From: Azolla caroliniana
Lineage: Eukaryota; Plantae; Polypodiophyta
Direction of reading: 5' to 3'
NCBI GenBank assembly: GCA_043228905.1
Contig: JBHGNT010000021.1
Coordinates: 10,850,001-10,914,000, forward strand
Length of the DNA stretch: 64,000 bases
The position numbers and the translations under genes are program-made. This document shows positions 1 through 12,469 of this stretch, in pieces. Below the pieces are notes generated by a model. That model ran no database searches. It was not told the DNA's origin and saw only the letters and a program-made list of their open reading frames with translations. Position 1 is the stretch's first letter. Every line of letters starts with the position of its first letter.

Positions 1-11
1 AATGTGATTTA

Positions 12-491
12 TGTTGGCCGGTGGCCGGTGGACGGATGATGAAAGACAAGTGGGGGACGAGTCCGAAGTAGAATTTAAGTTATTAGTATTAGTTATTAAT
101 TAGCTAGAATTAAAATAGGAACCAACAGATCTAGAAGAGTTGCACCGATCCGGATCCGGACCGATTCGTAACCGGTTGCTGATATGGCACCGTTTTGTAA
201 ACAGAACCGAATGCCTATAAAAGGATCCAAAGAACGATGTACTAAAGGGACGAAATTAGTATAAGTAAAGTTGACTTTAAGATTATTATGTATCTACGTA
301 CTTTCCGTTCTGTGCTTACTGTCATATCTTACGCGTGTAATCAACCTGTGTAAGTTGTTAATCTGGAACCGATCCAGAACTAGTCGGATAAAGTGATATC
401 TATGTCGGAAGCATTACCTGTAACCACTCCTTTCGTGAAGTGATCCGAAAGGATACCTTGTGTTAGTGGCTAGTCCATCCCAGGATTAACA
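12..491 (+). repeat. Element A 5' LTR
   Basis: TGTTGGCCGG...GGATTAACA; matches 42613-43078 with many substitutions and indels; TATA-like CCTATAAAAGG at ~214. Confidence 0.92.
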
Positions 492-497
492 CAATTT

Positions 498-514
498 TGA
501 TGACCACGATTCCT
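498..514 (+). promoter_or_regulatory. Element A primer-binding site (decayed, tRNA-Arg type)
   Basis: TGATGACCACGATTCCT versus TGGCGACCACGATTCCT in B and C; same 6-nt spacer after the LTR. Confidence 0.8.
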
Positions 515-539
515 CTAGAGCGCAATGAACATTGGGGAA

Positions 540-3500
540 TGGATGACTAGAACGATGAACAACCCAGTCATCGAACGAGCGAGAAGACTAGTTGAGAGAC
601 TACGGAAGCGGAAGGCTTACCAACAGGCGACTAAAGAGATCTGATAGGACCAGTCTTTTCCCAGGACGATTCAGCGGGTCACGGACGAGTCACTCCGGTT
701 GCATAAACAACAATATACCGACGAAGGCAGTAGCCTGAGTAGTTTACCGTAGATAGAATCGATACTACAAACCCTCGCCACATGCACCGGAGAATCAGAA
801 GCCTTTTCCAATTTTGAGTCGGAATCGGACAATGAGCACAACATGTAGTTGAATTATTGAAGCAGTCACGATACTACTTACAATCCGGCGGAGGACGGTT
901 TGGAGCACCTATTGACACCAGAGTCGGGGACAACGTTACCCACATCACCGGACCACGAGTCAAACCAAGACCAACAATCGGAGAGAATGACGGAGCACGG
1001 AACACCACCACCAGACCAACAATATGAGAAAAAGAACGATCGCGTACCAACGCCATCACCGAACCGGAAGTCGGAGAAAGAAGAGGATCAAACACCGACA
1101 CCACTCCCAGTACTACCTTTCGATGATGACACCATGCCATACCCGTACTCGAAGTACTGGAACAAACCGGATGCAGAGGTGCATGCATATATGCTTTCCT
1201 ACATACATGGGAAGCGAACCATGTCTCGCAATGGTTGACAAAAGCAAAGTTAGGACGTTCAAAGATCGTGGAATTTGGAATGATATTGGAGGCACTAGCA
1301 GCTAGGTGGCACAAAAAGCACCTTCTCGGGAGCTTTGCCACCTTCAAGGCCTTGCGGGAAAAATTCCTACCATTGTTCCACTGACAGTTGGAGCAAAGAC
1401 ATCTACTCGGCATGTTCTATATGGTCTACTAGGAGCCCAATGAGACATTCCTGCAATTCATCATCCGTTTCCAGATAGTGCACAACGAGCTAACAAGGGC
1501 ACCTTCGAAAGACGAGGCAAAAGCGGTCTTTCTGGCCGCACTCCGGGAGCCGCTACGAACAATGTTGTAAGTATTAGACTTCTGGCCCAACACCATCGAT
1601 GACGTTGTCAACCGGGTGCTTGAAATGCATAGGGCCCAGAATAGCAATCACATGGCGATGGGAGCCCTACAATGAGCGCTACCTAGAGAAGAGAACTTAT
1701 GGTTTCGACAAGTAGTCCAATGTAAAACGTGCCTCAACCCCAATCACTCTACATTAGAATGCACGATGCGGACACAATGCATGTTGTGCCACTCCCGGAC
1801 CCACACCATGGACCGGTGTGAGTACAACCTATTCAATCGGTAAGCGACACCAGTTCGACATATTGAGCCTCGGAGCGAGTAGCAACCAGAAGAGGAACGG
1901 TTCTGGAGGGAAGAACGATATCGACCAGAATGAACGGACCGGTATGACGACAGAAGACGAGAGGAGTACGACAGAGGCCGTAACTACTGGCGAGAGCAAG
2001 ACTACAATCGAGATTGTTACGATCGCGACTACACCCCAGATTATGATCGAAGGAGAGACGACAGAAGATACCTGGAACGATGGGAGTACCCAGATTAGGA
2101 TAGACAGTACCCAGAATGCCAAGGGCATTGGAACCACCGCCGCCACAACCGTAAGGGAAATTATCGCCGAGAAGAATGTCGGGAACCGGCCAGAGAATAC
2201 TGACGGGAGCCGAATAAGCCGAAGAAACCAGCCGGATGAATTCCGGTATTAAGCCGGGAATGATAGAAAAAGGAGAATCAAGTGATAACCGGAGGGTTTA
2301 CTCCTACTATTGCTGGAAGGAAGGACATTACAATAGCCAGTGCCCAGTCAAGTCCAATCAGAAGTAGGTTGTGGTAAACATGGTGACCACCAAGGTGATT
2401 GATGTTCAACAAGTCACAACAAGATCCAAAGGAAAAGTTGCCAAGTGGGCGACCCAGGAGGCCATTAGGAAGCAAGCCACCGAATGGATACTAAAAACAA
2501 TTGAACGGAATGTGGCCGAAGTAGAAGAATAGATTCAGCCTCCAGAGGAACCATTACAGAGCACAAACAACGGCCCCACTTGGCAGGCGTTACAACAGTG
2601 TCATATCATGTTGCCTCTAGGACGCCTATTGCAATTAGTTCCCCGATTCACTGAAGGACTTAAATCGGTGGTAACATCACCAAACCCGGAACCGACACCA
2701 ACATTCTTCTCCAACCCGATGGAAGGACCGGCAGTAGTGGACACCAATAGTCCGGCGATAATAGTGATTATCTAAGAAAAAAAGATACCCGGAACAATTG
2801 TGGATGGAGGTTTCTGAGTAAACGTGATAAACCAAAGAACTTGCAACACCCTTGGTATCAGAGAATGGGAACCGTGCCCGTTCTGGTTGCAAAAGGCAGA
2901 TACTAGTTCGGTTCAGCGAACCAGACTCATCCGGAACTTGGAGATTACAATTGGTGGGCATGCATTCTGGATATCCGCAGTAATCTTGCAACTCAACGTG
3001 TAGGGAGCTTATCCCTTGTTGTTAGAGAGACCATCGCTAAGGACAACACATATAAAGCAAAATTGGTAGAAGAACGTCATTACCTTCTGACGAGGAAAGA
3101 CGAAAGTGCGGGTACTGACCCAACCACATGCGGGTACTAGTAAGGAGCTGACACCGATGTACGTAGAGAGCATAAACATGTTGGATGGATTAGTAGAAGA
3201 TGAAGTCAACTGGTACCTAGATGAACATCTGAAGGTAGTACCGCTATTTGAGGTGATGTCGCCGAAGCCGTCACACCGTACATCGTACACTTAGAGGAAG
3301 TATTTGACGAACCAGATTAGGAGGCGATCCGAGAACTGCGACGAGAACGGGAAACGATGGTATCTCAACGAGTGAAGGCATCTCAATTAGAAGAGGTGGA
3401 CCTCGGCACCGATGGAGCACCGAAACTGATGAATGTGGCAAAAGAATTGCCACAGGAAGAGAAAAGGGCAATGATTGAACTGCTAAAACAATTCTGAGAT

Positions 3501-4146
3501 GTGTTTGCCTGGTCATATGAGGATATGCGAGGAATGGATCCCCAATTGTACCAACACTAGATCAACCTTAGCAAGGACGTGAAGCCCGTGGCGCAACGAC
3601 GTTACCGAATGAACCCAAACTATGCAGCAAGAGTTAAAGAGGAAATCGATAAGCTACTGAGAGTTGGTTTCATCCGACCGGTAAAACAAGCAACCTAGCT
3701 CAGTCCAATAGTCATCATACCAAAGAGAAAAGGTGAATGCCGCCATGATGACGGATGTGTTCTCGTTGCCATTCACGGATGGGGTGTTTGATGTGGTAGC
3801 TAGTCATGAGGTATATAACTTCTTGGACAAATTCAGTGGTTATAATCAAATCCAGATGCACTGGGCCGATCAGGAGAAAACAACGCTCGTTACGCAATGG
3901 GAAGTGTTCATCGCGGTAGTAATGATGTTCGGACTAAAGATGACACCAACGACATTCCAGAGGATTATCATGGAAATATTCAAGGAATATATTCCAGCGT
4001 TCATGCAGGTCTTTTTGGATGATTTTGTTGTTTATAGCCGGAAGGGAGAACATTTGGACCATCTCTAGATGTGTCTAGAGAAATGCCGGCGATCCCGACT
4101 AAGCTTGAATCCGACGAAATGTTTTTTCGGGGTAACTAGCGGGGTA
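540..4146 (+). pseudogene. gag-pol: Element A gag-PR-RT (5' part), many stops and frameshifts
   Basis: Fragments such as MPYPYSKY..DAEVHAY and FSGYNQI..MMFGLK..QVFLDDF align with B polyprotein; homology breaks off after GVTSG at ~4146. Confidence 0.9.
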
Positions 4147-4257
4147 CAGGGGAAGAAATGCAGAGTTCATTGTAGTGGTGGGTCATACAAATTCTCACAA
4201 ACTTTGAGAGCTGTAAAGTTAATGAGTTAGACTAAGACCACGTGCTTTTGTTGTTAG

Positions 4258-5315
4258 ACAAGGAAGAAACGTTTAATGAAAATGGAGATACCGATTCAGA
4301 GCCACAACATGAAGAAGAATTTATCGTCCTCGTAGGTACATGTTGTGAACCCTCTTATATAATAGTTATTTTGACCATATCACCCAAGTGACAATAATGG
4401 TTTTGGTCTATTAATATATAGAAAATGATGTAAAATCTTGGCATGATTCAGAGCCCCAACCTGAGACTCGTACCATCCCAAGCAATAATGAAGAGTGTGA
4501 TACCAATGCAAACCAGGACTTGCAGCACATGACAAACACAATCATCTGCAAAGACTCATCTTCAAAATTTCCGGATGGAGATGTAACAGTAGGTAAACGA
4601 TTGTCCCTTAATCTAGTATGTTAATTGATATGGCTAGGTTCCTTCACTTTGTAAGAAGGTGAATTGATATTGTTCTTGTTATTTGGGATAGAAGAACATG
4701 GAGATTCCCAAATAGGATCAGATGATTCAGGTAGTCTATGGAGCAATCTTGATTTTTTAGACTCAGATAGCACCACACATGAGGAATGTGAAATCACCCA
4801 AGAAGAGGAGCTGAAGAACTTTGACAGTATCGTAAACGTGGGGCAAGACTGTATCATTAAGGGAATTGTAGCTACCACCCAAGAAGAGGAACAAGGTGGT
4901 ACTACGAATCACATGTATTACCAAAACACTCCAAGTAGCCTGCACATGGAACAAGATTGTACAAAGAACCAGGTGTCTAGCTTCAATCATGAGGAGTTGC
5001 AATGAAGATGGCAACCACCCAAGAAGGGGAACATGTTTGTACTATGAATACCGTGTTACTGCAGAACACTGGTTCTACCCATGAAGAGTAGATTGATGCT
5101 AATACTATCGACAAGATCTTCTTGGAAGTGTGTGCGTCTCAGACAGTTGCAGTAGAGCACAAGGTTCCCTCAAGCTTGCCTCCCCCCTCTCCGATGATGA
5201 ACTGCCACTCAGTAGTCTACTACCTCGTGGCTTTAAGATGATGAAGAAGAAGGGTGTGGAATCTGAGAAGAGTGTAACAAAAAATAGACGCATTACAAGA
5301 TCTAGAAAAAACTAA
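4258..5315 (+). pseudogene. 3' part of a spliced gene for an acidic low-complexity protein with a basic C-terminus; probable accessory gene of the DNA transposon
   Basis: Exons 4258-4335, 4422-4592 and 4692-5315 joined by GT-AG introns of 86 and 99 bp, all phase 1, reading open across the junctions (DKEETFNENGD.., ENDVKSWHDSEP.., EEHGDSQIG..); frameshift/stop after ~5000; ends KNRRITRSRKN*. Confidence 0.55.
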
Positions 5316-5808
5316 AAACAAAGTTTTTTGTATTTAGATCGTTGTTTGTAATTGATTACCATATGAGCAAGTCTTTGATTAACTGCTTCTTGACACTGTT
5401 TTGGTTTACTTATCCTGAATTTGAACTTGATACTATTTGAGTACTCATCTTAGTGACTAATTTAGTACCAACTTGATATGAAATGTACTAACTTTGATAC
5501 ATATATTTGTAAGAATGTGAATTTGATACTATTTGAGGTCTCATCTTAGTAAGAATGTCACTTGTTATGCACACATATGACATTGACACTTGTTATGGAC
5601 ACATATAGACAGGATATGTCTAGGTTAGTAAACACTTAGCACAATATTAGTACTATATTTTAATGCATATGAACATGGTATGTATACTTGAACGAACCAT
5701 TTTATTAGTACTAGCAATTAACATGTTCAATCTGTTCCCTCATCTAGTCAACCACACCCTCATTAGTGTACCACACACTAGAAACATGTGTGGAATGAAC
5801 ACTCCTAT

Positions 5809-6227
5809 TGTTACCGGCCGGCAAGGAGTCCAAAATACGGAGTGAAGGAATTAATTAAGTATGGTTGTAAGTAAGCATAGTATGGACGGACGGACTGGAA
5901 ACGGTATGCCGTTCCAGATCCGGACGGATCCCGAATAGGTGCGATAGGCACCGTTTTGTACTACGGGCCGGAAACCTATTTAAAGGCCCGGACCCCATTG
6001 TAATCGCAGCGGATAATTAATAGAGCATATGGTGTTTATACTTCTGTGTTGATTTCCGTTCTGTACTTACTGTTATATCTTACGCGTGTAATTAACAAAA
6101 GCGATCTAATCGTGTAACCTACGTAAGTCGGTGTAATCGTTGGATCTTAATCCTATGCCGTAATCACCCTTTGGTGAAGTGTTTCCGTGACACCTTGTGT
6201 TAGGCGTTGTCCGGTCAGAGAATAACA
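5809..6227 (+). repeat. Element B 5' LTR
   Basis: TGTTACCGG...AATAACA; near-identical to 15247-15665. Confidence 0.97.
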
Positions 6228-6233
6228 CAGTTT

Positions 6234-6252
6234 TGGCGACCACGATTCCTGC
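6234..6252 (+). promoter_or_regulatory. Element B primer-binding site, probably tRNA-Arg(UCG)
   Basis: TGGCGACCACGATTCCTGC, 6 nt after the LTR and identical in C. TGGCGACCAC is complementary to the recalled ..GUGGUCGCCA end of eukaryotic tRNA-Arg(UCG). Confidence 0.75.
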
Positions 6253-6280
6253 TTTCTCGCAGCGAACGACGGCTTAATGG

Positions 6281-9200
6281 ATGACGAGACCAACGCACGA
6301 CCTGGTTACAGACCGAGCTCGACGCCTCGCCGAACGGCAAAGACGACGTGAGACTTTCCAGCAAGGAGCGCACGAAATTCGCTCGGATCGTTCGTTCTCC
6401 AACGAGATCCGGAGAGTCGCGGAGGAATCTCTTCGGTTACAGCAAACTCGCGACCAGGACGACGGAAGCAGTCTAAGTAGTCTCCGGGAAACCGAACGCC
6501 TCCTCGAGGCGCTGGCAAGCGGAGAAAACGAGGCAGAAGCCTTTTCAGCCTACGAATCGGATTCCGAAGGGGGATACAACGTGCACACGAACTACCGGAG
6601 CAACAACGATACCCCCGGCGGCCCGGAGGACGACGGGTCGGAGACCGTGCCGACTCCAGAACCGGAACCGTTCGACCAGGGCTATCCGGAACCGCAAACG
6701 GAAGCCGTCAACCCACCAACACCGGAAGTGGAAGAAGCAAAGCCACCGACACCAACTAAAGAGCCGGCGAAAGTACCGGAAGAAGAGCCGGTGAAGGAAC
6801 CGGAAAAAGAACCGGAAAGATATCAACAAACGCCACTAAACCACGGCCTAATACTGGACGACGACATGCCGTTCCAATACTCAAAGTATCGCGATGATCC
6901 GGACGCGGAAGCGCATGTTCATGCCTTCGAGCAGACATGGGAAGCAAATCACACGTCCCAGCGAATGACACCGGAGGAAGAAGAACGCTCGAAGATAGCG
7001 GAATTCGGGGTCACGTTGGAAGGACCAGCGACACGATGGCGGCGGACGCAGGACCCGGCGACCATCACAACCTTTGCAGAATTAAAAGCAAAATTCTTGC
7101 ATTTTTTCCACAAGGAGGTCGACCAGATGACAATGGTGGGCCTATTTTATACGATCCAACAGGAGGCAGGGGAAAGCATTCCCCAATTCGTCATCCGTTT
7201 CCAACGAATGCATAGCCAGCTTGCCCGTGCACCCCCGGAGGAGGAATTACGGACGATATTCTTAAACGCACTCCGGGAACCATTACGCACGGTGTGCACG
7301 GTGATCGACTTTCGAGGAAGCACCATTGACCAGGTCATTGACCGGGTCAGAGAAATGGAAAAGTCAAGCTCATGGCTTACACTGGGAGCGCTGCAACGGG
7401 CGTTACCCACAGATGAAGATCTCCGGTTCCGGCAGGCAATTCAATGCACAATCTGCTTGAATGCCGGACACTCGGCAGTGGAGTGCACCATGCGAACCCA
7501 GTGTGTAATTTGTCAATCCAAGAGTCATACAACGGACCGGTGCGAGTATAACCTGCTAAACCGACAAGCACCACCCGTCCGACGGATCGAGCCAAGAAGC
7601 AACCAAGACGAAGATGAAGATCGTTGGCAAAGAATGAACCGGTACCGACCGGCACAGGATGTCCGGTACGGAGACAGACAAGAGAATGATGGCCGGTACA
7701 GGGATCGGCATGATAACTACGACCGGTATGAGCGATCGGACCGTTATCGGGAGTCCAACAGACGACACGAGCAATACGACAGAGACCATTCCCCTTGTTA
7801 CCGAAGGCACCAGGAGGACTACGGCCGATTTTACGATCCACCACGACAGGACTACCGAAATAAAAATAAGAATAATAAGAAACGTAATTTCAAGAAAGGT
7901 GGTCACCCTAGGGACCCGGAACAGGGAACCCCAAGGAGCCAACCGGCACAGAACGCACCACTCACTACGGGACCGGCTACCAGCAATGCTGAATCCAGCA
8001 ATACCCGTAAAGAGTATTGCTACTACTGCAAGCAGGAAGGCCACTACAGTAACCAGTGCCTGGCAAAGAGCTACGATAAACGACCAGCAGTTAATATGGT
8101 GGTTCCGGAAGTGGCGGATTTACAGCAAGTAACCACACGGTCGAAAGGCATGGCCAAAGAGTGGGAAACACAAGAGGCCATACGAAAACAGGCGACGGAA
8201 TGGGTGAAGGAAGCCAATGAAAGGAACGTCGCGGACGCGGAACGGCAAAAGGAGAATACCATAGGGAGTGCCGGCGGTAGCCACCCAGAAAACGAGACAT
8301 GGCAAGCACTGCAAGAATGTCAGATCACGTTGCCATTAGGGAGACTCTTGCAGCTCGTGCCGCGATTTACGGAGGGACTAAAAACGGTCATGACAGACGG
8401 TATAGTCCCACCGGCACCAGTCCTCTTCTCGAATCCGGAGGAGGGACCGACGGTGGTGGACACTAGTAGTCCGGTGATTACAGCTATTGTCAAAGGGCAC
8501 GAACTTCCCGGCACAGTAATCGATGGAGGTTCCGGGGTGAACGTAATAAGCCTCCGCACGTGTGATGCCTTGGGTATACATGAATGGGAGCCATGTCCGT
8601 TCTGGCTACGGATGGCGGATACGAGCTCTGTACGGCCGACGGGCTTAATACGGAAATTGGAAGTCACCATAGGAGGTCACAAATTTCACATCTCGGCTGT
8701 AGTGCTGCAGCTACAGGCGCAAGGCGCGTACCCACTGTTGCTGGGCAGACCATGGTTGAAAACAGCACACATCAAGCAAAATTGGCGGAAAAATATGATT
8801 ACCTTCCGGCGCGGAAAAGCCAAGGTCCAGGTACCGACACAACCACGGACGAGCAACGGTAAGGAATGCACACCGCTGTATGCGGAATGCGTGAACATGC
8901 TTGAAGGGTTGGCAGACGACGAAGAAGCCCAGTACTTGGAGGAACACCCGAAGATCGTACCACTTTTCGAGATTGACGTGGCTGAAGCCGTAGCGCCATA
9001 CTTGCCGCAGCGGGACGAAACCGAAGCCGAACCAGACAAAGATTCGATTCGGGAATTACGGCAAGCACAGGAAGCGTTGGAACGGGAAATGGCCGTTTCC
9101 CAACGGGTAAAAACATCCCAGCTTGACGAAGTAAACCTAGGAAGCAAGGACGAATCAAAGCCGGTACACATCGCCAAAGAAATGAAGCCGGAAGATAAAG

Positions 9201-12096
9201 CGGCGATGATCAAACTTCTCACGGAGTTTCGCGACGTATTCGCCTGGTCATACGAAGACATGCGAGGGCTGGACCCTCAATTATATCAGCATCAGATCCA
9301 CTTAGGCAAGAACGCGAAACCAGTGGCGCAAAAACGTTACCGAATGAACCCCAACTACGCCGCCAAAGTGAAGGAGGAAATCGACAAACTCCTAAGAGTG
9401 GGCTTCATCCGGCCGGTAAAGAAAGCGACGTGGCTGAGCCCCATCGTCGTCGTCCCAAAGAAGAACGGTAAAATCCGAGTGTGTGTAGATTACAGGAAAC
9501 TAAATGCAGCCACAATTACGGATGCATTCCCTCTTCCGTTCACGGATGGAGTACTGGATGCCGTCGCCGGCCATGAAGTCTATAGCTTTTTAGACGGGTT
9601 CAGCGGATACAATCAAATCCGGATGCACCCTGACGACCAGGAGAAGACAGCGTTCGTCACCGAATGGGGGGTGTTTGTGGCCGAAGTAATGATGTTCGGA
9701 TTAAAAACGGCACCAGCAACTTTCCAGCGAATCATCATGGAGATCCTCGGCGAATACATTCCAGCCTTCATGCAGGTGTTCTTGGATGACTTTGCAGTCT
9801 ATAGCCGGGAAAAAGACCATTTGCAGCACCTACGGTTATGCCTTGAAAAGTGTAGGTTATACCGGCTAAGCTTAAACCCAGCAAAATGCATCTTTGGGGT
9901 TTCAAGTGGAATCTTACTGGGACACATTGTAAGTAAGGAGGGCATTGCGGTCGACCCGGACAAAGTAAACGCGATACTAGGGGCACCGCCGCCGAAAACG
10001 GCCAAAGCACTAAGCCGATTCTTAGGACAGATCCGGTGGCACAGCCGGATGCTCCGTCACTTGGCTGACTTGGCTACACCATTACACACCGCGGTACATC
10101 GGACACCGTTCCAATGGACGGATACGGAGGATAAGGCGTACAATGCCCTGAAGGTACTTTTGTCGCAAGCACCCGTCGTGCAGCCTCCGGATTGGAGCAA
10201 GGAATTTCATGTGTTCGTTGACGCTTCCGACATCGCTATCGGCAGCGCCTTAATGCAACTTACGGAGCCTAAATGGTACCGGCCGGTATATTACGCCAGC
10301 CGGAAGCTGTCCCAAGCGGAGAAGAACTATTCAACGACGGAACGGGAGGCCCTGGGCATGATCTACAGTGTAACAAAGTTTCGTCATTACCTATTGGGAA
10401 GGAAGTTCTCCTTTCATGTGGATCACTCGGCGCTCCTGTACTTAGTGTCCAAGGCGTCCTTGACCGGTAAGTTGGCCCGTTGGACCTTGCTGTTGCAGGA
10501 GTTCGAATTCGAGATCTTTCACCGGCCCGGTATCCAGCATGTCGTAGCAGACTACCTGAGCCGGTTAGAGTCCGGAGAATCAGGCGATGGAGTATCGGAT
10601 GAATTCCCGGACGCAGAGTTATTCCGTATCACCCCGGAAACGGCAGCGGATGACACGGTGGCATCAGAAGATAGGTGGCTGACAAACATGCACCAGTTCC
10701 TAAGCACGGGCCTGCCACCGGAGGAAATGAACCGGGACGAGAGGAAACGACTGGCGGTGCAGAGCCGCAATTTCTGTCTGTTACGGGACACTCTCTACCA
10801 CAAAGGAGCAGATGGAATATGGAGACGGGCAGTCCGTAGTGACGAGAAACAAGTAATCTTACGGGAAGCACACTGTGGGGTTGCCGGAGGACACTATGCC
10901 GGGGAAGCGACGGCAAGGAAAGTATGGCAGAGCGGCTTATGGTGGCCCACGACGTTAAAAGACGCCGTCAAGTATGCTAAGGAATGTGACCTATGCCAAC
11001 GAATGGGCCAGCCTACGGAGCAAGCACGGATGCCACACCAACCGGTACTTCCACTAGAGCCATTCCAGAAGTGGGGGTTGGATTTTGTCGGACCGTTCAA
11101 GCCACCGGCAATGAGAACGGGTAATCGTTATGTCATCGTGGCAACGGATTATTGCACTAAATGGGTGGAGGCTAAGGCCTTGAGAGACAATACCGCGTCA
11201 TCCACAGCAAAATTCCTGTACGAGAACATTTGGTGCCGATATGGATGTCCGATTGAATTAATCAGCGACCAAGGAGGGCACTTCCTCGGCCAGGTAGTTG
11301 AAAGCTTAACAACGTTCTATGCCGTGGTCCATAAACGGAGCACACCGTACTACCCACAAGCGAACGGGTTAGCAGAGTCAACCAACAAAACGCTCCAGAA
11401 CATCCTCCGCAAAATAGTGAATGAAAACCGGACGGACTGGGATACAAAGCTCCATAGCGCGCTGTGGGCGTACCGAACGGCATACAAAACAAGTATCCGG
11501 ACAACGCCGTTCCGGTTAGCGTTCGGCTTAGAGGCGGTCATGCGGTGGAATTTCAGGTACCAAGCTTACGGATCCAACTACGGGAACGGTTGAATGAAAA
11601 GGAGTCGGAGGAAATGCGGCTAGCAGCACTATGCGAACTGGAGGAGCAACGGCTGGCCAGCATCCTACACATGGAACTGGAGCAACGATGACGGAAAGCG
11701 TTCGTTGACCGTCACCGGAAAGGTAATGAAAAGATGTTCGAAATCGGAAAGCCGGTGCTAGTATTCCAAACGAGGATGGGCAAGATGCCGGGTAAACTCC
11801 GGTTTAGATGGACATGCCCGTATTGGCTGACACGGGAATACAACGGGTCCTATCAGTTAGGGACACTTGCCGGTGAAGTGCTAGGCAAGTGGGTCAATGG
11901 ATTTAGACTAAAGCCCTATAAAGGACCGATGCCAAGTAACCCGTTTATGCAGCCCACCGGCACTATACCGGGAACCTGTCCGGGAGCGGTACGGATGGAA
12001 GAAAAAGACGACGGGGAACCCGTAGCAGAGGCGAAGGAAGACGCGGCAACCCGTAAGGAACGCGGTAAGGGTCCGAAGGGACCTACGGATGTGTAA
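6281..12096 (+). CDS. gag-pol: Element B Gag-Pol polyprotein (gag, 3 CCHC knuckles, PR, RT, RNase H, integrase); C-terminus disrupted
   Basis: CTICLNAGHSAVEC, CVICQSKSHTTDRC, CYYCKQEGHYSNQC; PR VIDGGSGVN; RT LDGFSGYNQI/FLDD; RH VDAS..NYSTTERE; INT HHCC and WGLDFVGP..SDQG..NGLAE. A 1-nt deletion at ~11543 and a TGA at 11689 break the tail, which ends at 12096. Confidence 0.95.
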
Positions 12097-12109
12097 GATC
12101 ACACACCGT

Positions 12110-12114
<5 letters not shown>

Positions 12115-12142
<28 letters not shown>
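12115..12142 (+). repeat. Poly(A) run in the pol-ORF2 spacer
   Basis: ~28 A; shorter A runs sit at the equivalent position in A (~33385) and C (T run ~22365). Confidence 0.85.
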
Positions 12143-12144
<2 letters not shown>

Positions 12145-12469
12145 ATTAAAAATCGAGGTATGAACGGACGTGAAAGCAAGGAGCGAAAAGGTACGTAGTG
12201 GGCATTTAAGAGCCGCCACATTGCTTAATACTAAATTGGTACACGACGTGCGCATGCTCGAAAAAGGCGCCAAGACGCACAGAGAAAAAGAAGAACGCAT
12301 GGAGACCTTTTTTTTTCGTGAGCCAAGAAGCACAGAAGCACCAAGGCAGTGGAAGCTTAGCAAACGCGAACCTGCACTCAGAGAAACCCCACGTTCGGAA
12401 CGCTCTCTCTCTCACTCTCACTCTCATCACCACTCTACCTCGCCATCTTTCCTCGACCTCGAAGCAGAC

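Noticed and set aside
8510-9790. Protease DGG and RT FLDD as inactivating mutations
   Set aside because: Shared across the copies where the region survives, and similar variants are normal in non-chromovirus plant gypsy clades
6281-12096. Assignment to Tat/Ogre because of the Arg PBS
   Set aside because: No additional archaeal-type RNase H domain is visible between RH and INT or after INT; the clade is left as non-chromovirus
12115-12142. Poly(A) as the tail of an inserted SINE or retrocopy
   Set aside because: No TSD; shorter runs at the same site in A and C point to slippage expansion
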